Shown here: positions 19,564-28,858 of the stretch, in pieces
Layout of the letters: each line of letters opens with the position of its first letter
How positions within the stretch are numbered: the first letter of the stretch is position 1
NCBI GenBank assembly: GCA_016874655.1
Contig: VGTO01000002.1
Span: forward strand, 1-55,329
DNA length: 55,329 nt
DNA from: Bacillota bacterium
GTDB taxonomy: Bacteria > Bacillota > Dethiobacteria > DTU022
Direction: 5' to 3'
Notes under the pieces: generated by a model
Seen by the model: only the letters and a program-made list of their open reading frames with translations
The model's database searches: none
What the model was told of the DNA's origin: nothing
Made by a program: the position numbers and the translations under genes

Positions 19564-20667
19564 TTACTTGATCAGGTCACCCTGAACATCAGATACGGCT
19601 AAAGTGCCGGCTTGCATTTCAGCAAATGCAGCGGCAACTTTTTCTACTACTTCTGGATCGAGATTCGGGTTTTCTTTCGGAATACCGATTCCGTAATTCG
19701 AAGCATCAAAAGTAAGGATCTGACCGCCGGGGAATGCCCCGTTCAATTCAGCTTCGATCATATCATAAGCGGCAACATCAATGTACTTCATCGCTGAGGT
19801 CAAGATGATTGAACTCGCTCCATCATAAATACCTTCAGCATACTGATCGACATCAACGCCTATAATCCAGACATTCTCACCGGCAGAAGCTCTGGTTTTT
19901 GCCTCATTGATCGCTCCGACACCGACACCGCCGGCAGCGGCAAAGATAGCATCCACACCTTTGTCATACATTGCAGCGGCTAGAACCTGACCGGCTGCGA
20001 CGTCGTCAAAAGTGCCCTGATAAATAAAGTTTTCGGCGTTCATTACAATGTTGGTGTCATAGTTTTCATTGGCATAAAGCACACCCTGCTGGAAGCCCCA
20101 GTTGAATTTTTGAACCGGTGGTATTTCCATCCCGCCGATGAAACCAACTTCACCTTCACCAAGTTGCAGGGCAGTTGCCAGGCCGGCTAAGAAACCTGAT
20201 TCATGCTCGGTAAAGAAGATTGAGACTACATTATCGTTAACCACCGGTGTCCAGTCTCCGGCATGGGGAAAGCCGTCAATTAAGACGAACTTGGCATCGG
20301 GATAACGAGTCTGAACGTCAAATATGGCAGTTTCGAATTTAAATCCCGGGCAGACAACAAACATGAATTCTGCATCAACCAGGTTGCCGATTTCGGTAAT
20401 ATAATCTGCTTCAGTAGTCCCACCGGGCTGCAGGTAACGGGTTTCCAGACCAAAATCGGTGGCCGCAAGTAGGATTCCTTCCCAGGTGCCCTGGTTAAAG
20501 GATTTGTCGTCAATGGTCCCGGCGTCAGTTACCATCCCAACCTTCAGTGCTGCTGGTGCATCACCAGCGTCATCACCGGTGTCATCAGCAGGTGGTGTGG
20601 GAGTGCCACAACCGCTTACAGCAAAGACAAACACCACTACCAGAAGTAAAGCTAACCACTTTTTCAC
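19564..20667 (-). CDS. BMP-family (PnrA/Med-like) ABC substrate-binding lipoprotein, probably nucleoside-binding
   Basis: Lipobox VFAVSGC, an acidic linker, and BMP-family motifs (VTDAGTIDDKSFNQ, GGVGVGA). Confidence 0.9.
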   Translation of the reverse strand: MKKWLALLLVVVFVFAVSGCGTPTPPADDTGDDAGDAPAALKVGMVTDAGTIDDKSFNQGTWEGILLAATDFGLETRYLQPGGTTEADYITEIGNLVDAEFMFVVCPGFKFETAIFDVQTRYPDAKFVLIDGFPHAGDWTPVVNDNVVSIFFTEHESGFLAGLATALQLGEGEVGFIGGMEIPPVQKFNWGFQQGVLYANENYDTNIVMNAENFIYQGTFDDVAAGQVLAAAMYDKGVDAIFAAAGGVGVGAINEAKTRASAGENVWIIGVDVDQYAEGIYDGASSIILTSAMKYIDVAAYDMIEAELNGAFPGGQILTFDASNYGIGIPKENPNLDPEVVEKVAAAFAEMQAGTLAVSDVQGDLIK

Positions 20668-20932
20668 GTTAAAACCTCCTCTTTATTTATAACCCTTCTG
20701 TACACTAAACAAAGTTTTCAGGCTTGTCAAGCAAGAAAACTGCTCCTGCACAGCAGGGTTACTGAAGTTATATATTCTTCAAAACAAGCAAATATCCTTC
20801 TGAAAAGAATACTTTTTTTGAGGAAGGAATTCAATGCCCGACTACGAAATAAAAGCAGTTGTTAAGTTAACCTGTTTTAATCTAAAGAAACAACTACCAG
20901 ATCCATTATCTACAGCCAAAGGAGAGGTTAAA

Positions 20933-22180
20933 ATGAGTCAAATCAGAGATATCAAACTGGCGCCGGAAGGGCATCGCCGCATAAACTGGGTCAGCCGCCA
21001 CATGCCGGTTTTGAACCACCTGATCGGGGAACACCGGGCCGAACAGCCTTTTAAGGGGCTTAAGATGACAGTCTGTATCCATCTTGAGGCAAAGTCAGCC
21101 TACATGGCAAAAGCTTTTCAGGCCTGTGGTGCTGCTGTAACAATCACCGGCAGCAACCCCCTTTCGACCCAGGATGCGATCGCCGCAGCCCTGGTTGAAG
21201 ACGGAATCGAGGTCTTCGGCTGGCACGGAGCAACTGCTGAAGAATACAGCGCCCATATTCGCGGGTCCTTAGAACATGGGCCACAGCTGGTCATCGATGA
21301 CGGCGGTGATCTGGTTACCATGCTGCACACGGAGCGCCGCGACCTCCTTGATCAGGTGATTGGCGGCGCTGAAGAAACTACTACCGGCCTGATTCGGCTG
21401 CGGGCTATGGCAGAGGACGGAGCCTTAACCTTTCCGGTAATCGCCGTTAACGATGCCATGTGTAAATATATGTTTGATAACCGTTACGGCACCGGCCAGT
21501 CAGTCTGGGATGGCATCATGAGAACAACCAACCTATTGATTGCCGGAAAAACTGTGGTTGTATCCGGTTTTGGCTGGTGTGGCCGTGGAGTGGCGATGCG
21601 GGCGGCAGGCCTGGGCGCTAATGTGGTAATCACCGAGGTTGAACCAATCCATGCTTTGGAAGCGGTAGTGGAAGGTTTCCGCGTTATGCCAATGAGCGAA
21701 GCCGCCAAGATTGGGGACATTTTTGTCACGACCACCGGCTGCCGCAATATCATTGCCGAAGAACATATTCCTCTGCTTAAAGATGGCGCTATTTTAAGCA
21801 ATGCCGGCCATTTTGATGTAGAAATCAACAAGCAGGCCTTAGCTGCTTTAGGCAAGTTAAGCGGCCAACCGCGACTAAATATTGATGAGTATGAAATGAA
21901 AGACGGCAGACGCATCTATCTTCTGGGGGAAGGAAGACTGGTCAACCTGGCTGCAGGCGATGGCCACCCGGCTGAAATCATGGATCTCTCCTTTGCTTTG
22001 CAGTTTGGGGCGATGCTCTACCTGCTGCGGGAAGACAAGAAACTGCCAAAAGCTGTGATAAAATTACCGCATGAATATGATCAGCAAACAGCCTCCATTA
22101 AACTCGCATCGATGGGGATTAGGATTGACAGTTTAAGTTGTGAACAGGAAGCATACCTTAATTGCTGGCAGGTTGACTAG
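20933..22180 (+). CDS. ahcY: Adenosylhomocysteinase
   Basis: MSQIRDIKLAPEGHRRINW follows an AAAGGAGAGG RBS. Also DDGGD, EETTTG and GFGWCGRG (NAD site). The tracked start at 20834 adds a non-conserved extension. Confidence 0.9.
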   Translation: MSQIRDIKLAPEGHRRINWVSRHMPVLNHLIGEHRAEQPFKGLKMTVCIHLEAKSAYMAKAFQACGAAVTITGSNPLSTQDAIAAALVEDGIEVFGWHGATAEEYSAHIRGSLEHGPQLVIDDGGDLVTMLHTERRDLLDQVIGGAEETTTGLIRLRAMAEDGALTFPVIAVNDAMCKYMFDNRYGTGQSVWDGIMRTTNLLIAGKTVVVSGFGWCGRGVAMRAAGLGANVVITEVEPIHALEAVVEGFRVMPMSEAAKIGDIFVTTTGCRNIIAEEHIPLLKDGAILSNAGHFDVEINKQALAALGKLSGQPRLNIDEYEMKDGRRIYLLGEGRLVNLAAGDGHPAEIMDLSFALQFGAMLYLLREDKKLPKAVIKLPHEYDQQTASIKLASMGIRIDSLSCEQEAYLNCWQVD

Positions 22181-22183
22181 CGC

Positions 22184-22795
22184 TCAGTAGATTGTAATTA
22201 ACTCGGCTATACTGCTATAGGTTTTTTCACCGATTCCGCTTACATCCATCAACTCACGGGGATCAGTGAAAAAACCGTTTTTATCCCGGTATTCAATAAT
22301 CTGCTTAGCCCTGACTTCGCCAATACCTGGTAAGGCCATCAATTCGGCTGTGGTAGCCAGGTTTATATTGATTTTACCCTCCTGCGACAAACCAGACCTT
22401 GGCGATTCTCCGGCTTCAGCCCTGGTCCCGACAAAAACCTGCTCTCCGTCCAGAAGCGGCCGGGCCTGATTTAGGCCTTCAGAATCGGCTTCCTCCATCA
22501 GCCCCCCTCCCATTTCAAGGAGCTCATAGACCCGTGATCCTACCGGCAGATGGTAAACTCCGGGGCTGGCTACAGCACCAACCAGGTGGACTGTGATCTG
22601 ATCCGGCCCCTGATCACCCAGTACGCCTGTGTCGCCAGTCTGCCTGATAAAACCGGCCTGCATGGCGCCAAACTCAGTCGCTTTATGCTGAACAGCCCGC
22701 CAGAGCCCTCCGCCAATCAGCAGTAAAACCAGCAGCCCGAGGATTATTTTTTCCTGCAACCCTTTATTCAATAACAACAGCCTTTCCCTTGCCAA
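22184..22795 (-). CDS. comEA: ComEA competence protein (TM anchor, SLBB domain, helix-hairpin-helix)
   Basis: The C-terminus INLATTAELMALPGIGEVRAKQIIEYRDKNGFF...VSGIGEKTY is the ComEA HhH signature. The exact start is uncertain. Confidence 0.85.
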   Translation of the reverse strand: MARERLLLLNKGLQEKIILGLLVLLLIGGGLWRAVQHKATEFGAMQAGFIRQTGDTGVLGDQGPDQITVHLVGAVASPGVYHLPVGSRVYELLEMGGGLMEEADSEGLNQARPLLDGEQVFVGTRAEAGESPRSGLSQEGKININLATTAELMALPGIGEVRAKQIIEYRDKNGFFTDPRELMDVSGIGEKTYSSIAELITIY

Positions 22796-22860
22796 GTTGT
22801 CTAAGTGATCATAAAACAGCCAATTAATTCGCTTAAGCGGGCAATTTTCCCTGCAAGAAT

Positions 22861-22896
22861 AAAAAAAGCCGCCGTCTTTTTTTGACGTCGGCTTTT
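22861..22896 (-). terminator. Intrinsic terminator after asp23
   Basis: Minus strand: AAAGCCGACGTC-AAAAAAA-GACGGCGGCTTTTTTT. Confidence 0.6.
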
Positions 22897-22924
22897 CCTC
22901 GTTAGTTAAAAGGAAGTAACTCTT

Positions 22925-23371
22925 TTACTCTTCCTTTACCTTATCGAATTCTTCTGCCGCTTCTTCCCCGATCTTTGGCACATTAATACCCTGGACATTA
23001 ATGTTGATCGCTTCTACTGTTAGGCCGGTCGTTTTTTCAACATTGGTGCGGATCTCTTTTTTCAGTTTAGTAGTTGCTTCAACAATCGATATACCATACT
23101 CGGCAATTACGTTCAGATCGATAACGACCTTGTCTTCGTTAACCTGAACTTTAATGCCCCTGGTTAGATCACGACGTCCAAGTTTCTCGGCAATTCCGCC
23201 GACCAGTCCACCGCTCATGCCGGCGATACCGGGCACTTCACTGGACACGAGGCTAACTATTACCGCGATCACTTCAGAAGAAATACGAATGCTGTCGCCC
23301 TCTTTTGCCGGATCGGGTTTTAAAACAGCTTCTACTGGCCCCACTACGTTTTCCTTATCTTTTTTACTCAT
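22925..23371 (-). CDS. Asp23/Gls24-family envelope stress (alkaline shock) protein
   Basis: ISSEVIAVIVSLVSSEVPGIAGM...GIKVQVNEDKVVIDLNVIAEYG is typical of Asp23. Confidence 0.85.
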   Translation of the reverse strand: MSKKDKENVVGPVEAVLKPDPAKEGDSIRISSEVIAVIVSLVSSEVPGIAGMSGGLVGGIAEKLGRRDLTRGIKVQVNEDKVVIDLNVIAEYGISIVEATTKLKKEIRTNVEKTTGLTVEAININVQGINVPKIGEEAAEEFDKVKEE

Positions 23372-23532
23372 GAACTTACCTCCTTGTTTAGACGATAAAA
23401 ACCGGGTTCACATCCGGCTGTCACACAAATGACGATTAGTGCGATTTAATTATAATATTGCTTATATTATATATATATAATATAAAAGTGTCAAGGAAAC
23501 CCCCGGGTTTTTAAAAGCTAGAATATTCTATT

Positions 23533-23561
23533 TTGCCTCCGGTTCAGAATAATGCTATACT
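23533..23561 (+). promoter_or_regulatory. SigmaA-type promoter for the sigma-54 activator gene
   Basis: TTGCCT (23533-23538), 17 nt, TATACT (23556-23561). It coincides with the first codons of the tracked ORF, which I therefore treat as non-coding. Confidence 0.45.
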
Positions 23562-23569
23562 GAGTCAGG

Positions 23570-23591
23570 CTATTGTCAAAACTGACAATAG
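23570..23591. promoter_or_regulatory. Perfect inverted repeat CTATTGTCA-AAAC-TGACAATAG (candidate operator)
   Basis: 9-bp perfect arms with a 4-nt spacer, just downstream of the predicted -10 box and 32 nt before the TTG start. The core TTGTCA-N4-TGACAA recurs at 26962-26977. Confidence 0.5.
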
Positions 23592-23622
23592 AAGATTTAT
23601 TATCGTCGAAAGGAATGATCTT

Positions 23623-25404
23623 TTGACCAGACTAAGCATAATCAAAGATACAGTACAGCAGGTTGCCGAAGCGGTAACCGCTGCCCTGGAGCTTGAAACT
23701 GAAATAATCGACAGCAGTCTGACTATTATCGCCGGTACTGGCCGCTACAAGAAAAAAGTCGGATTACTGGAAGAAGATGGGGATCTTGAATCTGGTTACA
23801 TCTATGGGCAATTATTAAAAAGCGGGGAAACTTATATCAATGAAAATCCCAGCCCCGATCCTCCTTACGGAGCAAGGGAGAATGAGCAGGCGGAAATCTG
23901 CTGTCCTATCTCACTTGAAGATGAAATTATCGGCCTCATTGCTCTTGTAGCATTCAGCCAGAAACAGAAAAGAAAATTACTCGCAAATTGTGAAAACAAT
24001 CTTAAATTCTTATCGCGTATGGCCTTCCTGATTGGCGCGAAAGTAGCGCAGGTTGAAATAGCCAACGAACTGAGTATAATTGTCGAAAACATTCGCGAAG
24101 GGATTTTGGTTACCAGCACCCGCGGCCTGATTACCAATTGCAATTCTGCGGCAACGAAAATCCTTCAGACTGAAAAAAACAACCTGATCGGCACTGCTAT
24201 TAAAGATTTATGGGGTGATATCCCGATAAAAGAAGTTATCTTAAGAAAGATTCGCTACGAAGACCTCGAAAAAATCTACAAAGACAATAATCAGATCCAA
24301 AAGCATCTTTTAATCAGCATCGATCCGATCCTGATCGACGATCCCAAACTAGAAAGCGGTGGCAAAATCTGCACTGGGACTCTCGTGACTTTCCGCGAAT
24401 TTCAGGAGATGAAGAAAAAAATCTACAATATGACTGATAAACTACAGGCGGTAAGATTTGCCGATATACTGGGCAATAGCCACCAAATTCGTGATAGTAT
24501 CGAGCGCTCGATGATGATCGCTGAAACAAATTCAACAGTTTTGATTACCGGTGAAAGCGGTACCGGTAAAGAACTTTTTGCCAGAGCCATTCATTTTAAC
24601 AGCCAGCGCAAAACAGAGCCTTTCATCACCGTCAATTGCGGCGCTATTCCGGAAACCCTTTTGGAAACTGAATTATTCGGCTACGACAGTGGCGCTTTTA
24701 CCGGCGCTCATAAGGGGGGCAAGGCCGGCAAGTTTGAGATCGCCCATAAAGGCACGATCTTCCTCGATGAAATCGGAGATCTGCCACTCCATCTCCAGGT
24801 TAAGCTGTTGCACGTTTTGCAGCGACGTGAAGTTGTAAGGGTCGGCAGTAACCACATCATTTCAGTTAATGTCCGGGTCCTTGCCGCCACTAATCACAAT
24901 TTAGCTCAAATGGTGGAGGACGGCGAATTTCGCGAAGATTTATACTATAGATTATGTGTCATTCCTCTGCACATCCCCTCGCTAAGAGAGCGAAAAGAAG
25001 ATCTCGAAACCCTGCTATTTTACTTTCTTGATAAATTTAACCTCATCCTGAATAAGAATATTAAAGGTTTCGAAACAGATGCCCTCGCATTATTAAAAGT
25101 TTATGATTGGCCGGGAAATGTCCGTGAGCTTGAAAATGCAATGGAGTATGCAACCAGCTTTGAAAAAGGGGTAAGGATCAGTTTAGTCAGCATTCAACCG
25201 CGGATCAGGCAAAGCTGCAGCCCGGATTCAGCCGCAAGCAACTCCCTCTTTACCGAGCTGGATCAGCTGGAAAGAAAGATCATCATCAAACAGCTGAAAC
25301 AATCCGGTTACAACACCAAGGGGAAACGAGCTGCCGCCAAAAACCTGGGCATCAGCGAATCAACACTTTACCGGCGTATCAGAAACCTTGGCATAAAACC
25401 TTAA
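23623..25404 (+). CDS. Sigma-54-dependent transcriptional activator (sensor N-domain, PAS, AAA+, Fis-type HTH)
   Basis: GESGTGKE (Walker A), GAFTGA loop (YDSGAFTGA), TIFLDEIGDL, and a C-terminal HTH (AAKNLGISESTLYRRI). The N-terminus resembles a CdaR/diacid-recognition type domain followed by a PAS domain. The start is proposed at a TTG after a GAAAGGAA RBS. Confidence 0.85.
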   Translation: MTRLSIIKDTVQQVAEAVTAALELETEIIDSSLTIIAGTGRYKKKVGLLEEDGDLESGYIYGQLLKSGETYINENPSPDPPYGARENEQAEICCPISLEDEIIGLIALVAFSQKQKRKLLANCENNLKFLSRMAFLIGAKVAQVEIANELSIIVENIREGILVTSTRGLITNCNSAATKILQTEKNNLIGTAIKDLWGDIPIKEVILRKIRYEDLEKIYKDNNQIQKHLLISIDPILIDDPKLESGGKICTGTLVTFREFQEMKKKIYNMTDKLQAVRFADILGNSHQIRDSIERSMMIAETNSTVLITGESGTGKELFARAIHFNSQRKTEPFITVNCGAIPETLLETELFGYDSGAFTGAHKGGKAGKFEIAHKGTIFLDEIGDLPLHLQVKLLHVLQRREVVRVGSNHIISVNVRVLAATNHNLAQMVEDGEFREDLYYRLCVIPLHIPSLRERKEDLETLLFYFLDKFNLILNKNIKGFETDALALLKVYDWPGNVRELENAMEYATSFEKGVRISLVSIQPRIRQSCSPDSAASNSLFTELDQLERKIIIKQLKQSGYNTKGKRAAAKNLGISESTLYRRIRNLGIKP

Positions 25405-25436
25405 GCGAAAAACCAGATTTCCATATTCTACTAATA

Positions 25437-25476
25437 ATGCGGCCGTTCTGCTCAACAAATACAGTAACGGCCGCAT
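25437..25476. terminator. Long hairpin between convergent genes (candidate bidirectional terminator)
   Basis: ATGCGGCCGTT-N18-AACGGCCGCAT, an 11-bp stem. The plus strand continues ATAATCGTTTTT. Confidence 0.5.
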
Positions 25477-25486
25477 ATAATCGTTT

Positions 25487-26848
25487 TTATGCTACCAGAT
25501 TTCGAACTATCTCCCTGAAAACTTCAGTATGCCTGTCAATATCTTCAGTACTGGTTTGTGGAGATATCAGGGCCATATTATGGAATGGAGTCATCAGGAT
25601 TCCCCTGTTTAAAGCCGCAAGATGCATATAGCGATCTAATTCAGTATCGATCGCCTCTGCTGCCTCCTGGCCATTGCGAGCCGGCTCGCGCCGGAACCAG
25701 TATTCGGTTCGGCATCCCAAGCTGGTCACATTCCAGGGCAAATCAAATTCATGAATTACCTCATTTACACCATCAACAAATCGAGCAGCAAGCGGAATGG
25801 TTACTTTATAGGCAGCTTCGGTTAGCACTTTGTCAAGAGTAACCCGCATCGCGGCAGCGGAAAGAGCATTGCCGGCAAGAGTTCCACCTATGCCACCGGT
25901 ATCACAATCCTCTATGTCAATCGATTTCTGGACTAAATCAGCCACTATTTCTGAAAAACCGTAAACTGCCGCCGGAATCCCTGAAGCAATCGGTTTTCCA
26001 ATGGTCAGGATATCCGGCTCCAAACCGTGGAGCGCAGTGTAACCGCCAGGGCCGGCACAAATGGTGTGGGTTTCATCAATAATCAACAGGGTTCCTGTTT
26101 TCTTAGTCAACTCGCGTAAAGCCAGGTGATATCCAGGATCGGGGTGAATAATGCCGATATTGGTCATCACCGGCTCTGCCAGGACACAGGCAACATCCTT
26201 GTCAGCAAGGGCCTTCTCCAAAGCTGTCAGATCATTAAACTCAACTACTTTAGTGGTGATTGACGGATCCACAGGCGGGCCAAGGTTGCCCTGCCTGGCT
26301 TTCGCCTGCCCGTTCGGATAAAGGGTTATAAAGCTTTCATCAACCGAGCCGTGGTAACAATAATTGTAAACTAATATTTTGCTGCGACCGGTTATATGCC
26401 TGGCCAGCCTGATCGAAAAGCGGTTGGCATCGGTAGCGGTTAAAGCAAACTGCCAATAGGGGAGCCCAAAGCGACGCTGCAATTCGGCACCAACGTAGAT
26501 CGAGTCTTCTGTTGGCAACATAAGCGTTGTTCCGTTTTTAATTCGCCCGACGATCGCCTCAATTACGGCATCCGGCGCATGACCGGTCATTGCTCCTGTG
26601 TCACCGAGGCACAGGTCAAGATAGCGATGGCCATCAACATCCATAAAGTGCGCGCCCTTTGCCCAATCAACAAACAGCGGGAAATCCCCGGCCCATTTTT
26701 CCATCCAGTTCATCGGCACTCCACCAAGCAAGTTAACTTTAGCTTTTTCGAATAGCTCCCCTGAACGGGGATGATTATCAATAAACATTTGTCTTTCACG
26801 GTTTAATAACTCCGGAAGATTCTTTGCATACATAATTTCAGAAGTCAC
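25487..26848 (-). CDS. Class-III PLP-dependent aminotransferase (glutamate-1-semialdehyde aminomutase-like fold)
   Basis: 453 aa with DVDGHRYLDLCLGD, IIDETHT and TIGKPIASGIP (PLP lysine region). The start may be the ATG at 26833 rather than the GTG at 26848. Confidence 0.85.
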   Translation of the reverse strand: MTSEIMYAKNLPELLNRERQMFIDNHPRSGELFEKAKVNLLGGVPMNWMEKWAGDFPLFVDWAKGAHFMDVDGHRYLDLCLGDTGAMTGHAPDAVIEAIVGRIKNGTTLMLPTEDSIYVGAELQRRFGLPYWQFALTATDANRFSIRLARHITGRSKILVYNYCYHGSVDESFITLYPNGQAKARQGNLGPPVDPSITTKVVEFNDLTALEKALADKDVACVLAEPVMTNIGIIHPDPGYHLALRELTKKTGTLLIIDETHTICAGPGGYTALHGLEPDILTIGKPIASGIPAAVYGFSEIVADLVQKSIDIEDCDTGGIGGTLAGNALSAAAMRVTLDKVLTEAAYKVTIPLAARFVDGVNEVIHEFDLPWNVTSLGCRTEYWFRREPARNGQEAAEAIDTELDRYMHLAALNRGILMTPFHNMALISPQTSTEDIDRHTEVFREIVRNLVA

Positions 26849-26885
26849 ATCCCTTCAGCTCTAGTTTGATCCTATCCCTCATTAA

Positions 26886-26902
26886 CGCAATATTTATGCC
26901 AA
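26886..26902 (-). promoter_or_regulatory. Sigma-54 (-24/-12) promoter for the aminotransferase gene
   Basis: Minus strand: TTGGCATAAATATTGCG. The GG and GC elements have canonical spacing (TGGCAY-N5-TTGC), about 40 nt upstream of the start codon. Confidence 0.7.
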
Positions 26903-26961
26903 TATTAAACAGTCCGTTACCTCTTAAAAAGCAATGATTAGAGCTAAATACCTCGTCCATG

Positions 26962-26977
26962 TTGTCAATTTTGACAA
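26962..26977. promoter_or_regulatory. Palindrome TTGTCA-ATTT-TGACAA (candidate enhancer/UAS for the sigma-54 activator)
   Basis: Perfect 6-bp arms with a 4-nt spacer. It lies about 70 nt upstream of the minus-strand sigma-54 promoter and about 180 nt upstream of the plus-strand one, and shares its core with 23570-23591. Confidence 0.5.
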
Positions 26978-27148
26978 AATATCTTTCAAAAATGAAATAT
27001 TTAGTGTCTTAACTAGTCCCTTTAGGCTAAGCGCTGGTTGCTGCTTTTGTGGGGAATAGTCCCAAATAGCTTTTTATTGCTACATTTTTTACGATGAATC
27101 ATCTACTACTAGTTTCCCGATGACCTTCTGCAGCATATTTTATAAAAA

Positions 27149-27164
27149 CGGCACGATAATTGCG
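27149..27164 (+). promoter_or_regulatory. Sigma-54 (-24/-12) promoter for the NhaC-family transporter gene
   Basis: CGGCACGATAATTGCG. GG (27150-27151) and GC (27162-27163) have canonical spacing, 37 nt upstream of the ATG at 27201. Confidence 0.7.
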
Positions 27165-27200
27165 TAAGTAGATAACATTAAAATAAAAGGAGGTTTTCAA

Positions 27201-28688
27201 ATGCAAGAAACGAAACTTCAAGCCGAATCTCCAGGCCGGGAAAACTACAGCACTTACTTCAAAACTTACGCCATTTTAATTTTATTATTCCTGGTCGCTA
27301 TCTTCCTGATCCCGAAAGAGAGTGATTCTTACCAGTTACTGAGCCTGATACCTGCGGCTTTTCTCCTGATTTTTATCTTTTATACCAAACGCATCCTTGA
27401 GGCTCTGACTCTCGGCGCTTTACTTGGTTATGTCATGAAATATGGCACTGGCTTTTTTGAGCCTTTTAGCGGTGAACTGCTTAATATTATGATGAACGAG
27501 AGTATCGCCTGGCTGATTATTGTTTGCGGTCTGATGGGCAGCATTATCGCCCTGATTGAAAAAAGCGGTGGTGCGTACGCTTTTGGTGAATGGGTCTCAA
27601 AAAGGGCAAAAACCAGAAAAAGTACACTGCTTTGGACCTGGGTTCTCGGCATGGTTATTTTCATCGATGATTACCTGAACTGCCTGACTATCGGTTCATC
27701 GATGACCCGGGTTACAGATAAACATAAAGTTTCGCGTGAATATCTGGCCTATATCGTGGACTCGACAGCCGCCCCCACCTGTGTCATAGTGCCGGTTTCA
27801 ACCTGGGCCGTATTTATCGCCATCCTGATGGTCGAGAATGGTCTGGGCACAAGTGAGACAATGATCGCCGAATTTATCAAAACTATTCCCTTTAACTTCT
27901 ATGCCTGGTTTGCTGTGATCATCGTTCCCCTGGTGATCCTCGGGATTATCCCAATCTTCGGGCCAATGAAAGCTGCAGAGAAAAGAGCTCAGGAAACCGG
28001 TGTTTTAGCGCCTCCGGGCTCAGAAAAGATCGACATGAAAGCCGGGGAATTAATCGAAGCTCCGGCGAATCCGAATGTCTGGTTCTTCTTTCTGCCGATT
28101 ATCATCCTGATTGGCGCGACCATCTACTTTGATCTCAGTTTACAAATGGGCGTCCTGGCCACCCTGGCGTTTATCTTTGTCTACTATTTAATCCGCAAGG
28201 TTATCACCCCTCTGGATTATGCAGATATGGTAGTGCTGGGCGTAAAAAATATGTTATTTCCTATTTCCCTGGTTATCCTCGCCTACTGGTTTGCTGCGGG
28301 CAGCGAGGAGATCGGCTTTGTCAGTTACATGATCGAAATTGGTGAACGTTTTATGACACCACAGTTTTTACCGCTTGTTATATTTATCATTTTTGGAATC
28401 ACTGAATTTATCATGGGCATCAGCTGGGGTATGTATATTGTCGCCCTGCCGATCGTCATCCCGGTAGCCATCAGCCTTGGCGTCAATCCCTACCTGGCAG
28501 TTGGCGCCGTCTGTTCAGCCGGAGTCTGGGGCAGCCATATCTGCTTCTACTCCGATGCCACAATTCTAACCTCTGCGGCAACAGGATGTGAAAACTTCCG
28601 GCACGCTATCACGCAGATTCCGTATGGTTTTATCAGCTTCATTTTGGCGGCAATTGCCTTTGTGATCGCCGGTCATGTATTAGCTTAA
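27201..28688 (+). CDS. NhaC-family Na+/H+ antiporter-type transporter
   Basis: 495-aa polytopic ORF after an AAAGGAGG RBS, with the NhaC-like repeat architecture. Confidence 0.8.
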   Translation: MQETKLQAESPGRENYSTYFKTYAILILLFLVAIFLIPKESDSYQLLSLIPAAFLLIFIFYTKRILEALTLGALLGYVMKYGTGFFEPFSGELLNIMMNESIAWLIIVCGLMGSIIALIEKSGGAYAFGEWVSKRAKTRKSTLLWTWVLGMVIFIDDYLNCLTIGSSMTRVTDKHKVSREYLAYIVDSTAAPTCVIVPVSTWAVFIAILMVENGLGTSETMIAEFIKTIPFNFYAWFAVIIVPLVILGIIPIFGPMKAAEKRAQETGVLAPPGSEKIDMKAGELIEAPANPNVWFFFLPIIILIGATIYFDLSLQMGVLATLAFIFVYYLIRKVITPLDYADMVVLGVKNMLFPISLVILAYWFAAGSEEIGFVSYMIEIGERFMTPQFLPLVIFIIFGITEFIMGISWGMYIVALPIVIPVAISLGVNPYLAVGAVCSAGVWGSHICFYSDATILTSAATGCENFRHAITQIPYGFISFILAAIAFVIAGHVLA

Positions 28689-28719
28689 ATACTTGAATTG
28701 TCGACTTCCATCTTAAAAG

Positions 28720-28753
28720 AGCCGGGCTGAGAGTAAATATTCCAGCCCGGCTC
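28720..28753. terminator. Hairpin after the NhaC-family gene
   Basis: GAGCCGGGCTG-N12-CAGCCCGGCTC, an 11-bp stem 32 nt past the stop with no clean U-tract. Confidence 0.45.
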
Positions 28754-28858
28754 CCTTCCATACAAGTGCCTGGCACCCTTAAATCATAAACCAACAGGTA
28801 TCGTTAAAGTGAGGCAATGTTTCTGATTACGTTTACCGGCAAAGAAAGACCTCAGTAG

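Noticed and set aside
20834-20932. N-terminal extension of ahcY in the ORF track, and a possible SAH riboswitch in the same stretch.
   Set aside because: The conserved AhcY N-terminus starts at MSQIRDIKLA (20933) with a strong RBS. The extension has no AhcY-like sequence, and I could not see the GC-rich pseudoknot core expected of SAH riboswitches.
21484-21915. Long antisense or alternative-frame ORFs in the track. Examples: 21484-21915, 15397-15735, 41786-42167, 47789-48106, 31047-31463, 36370-36768, 4119-4403, 18542-18874.
   Set aside because: Each lies entirely inside a well-supported conserved gene on the opposite strand or in another frame. They have biased, low-complexity composition (Pro/Arg/Ser-rich) and no RBS, so they are shadow ORFs.
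23440-23500. The low-complexity TA-rich stretch (TATATTATATATATATAATATAAAA) as a repeat element or array.
   Set aside because: It is short, has no spacer-repeat periodicity, and lies in a divergent promoter region. I interpret it as AT-rich promoter/UP-element DNA.
28765-28790. CTGGCACCC as a third sigma-54 promoter.
   Set aside because: There is no TTGC/-12 element at the required spacing, and it lies between two convergent gene ends.
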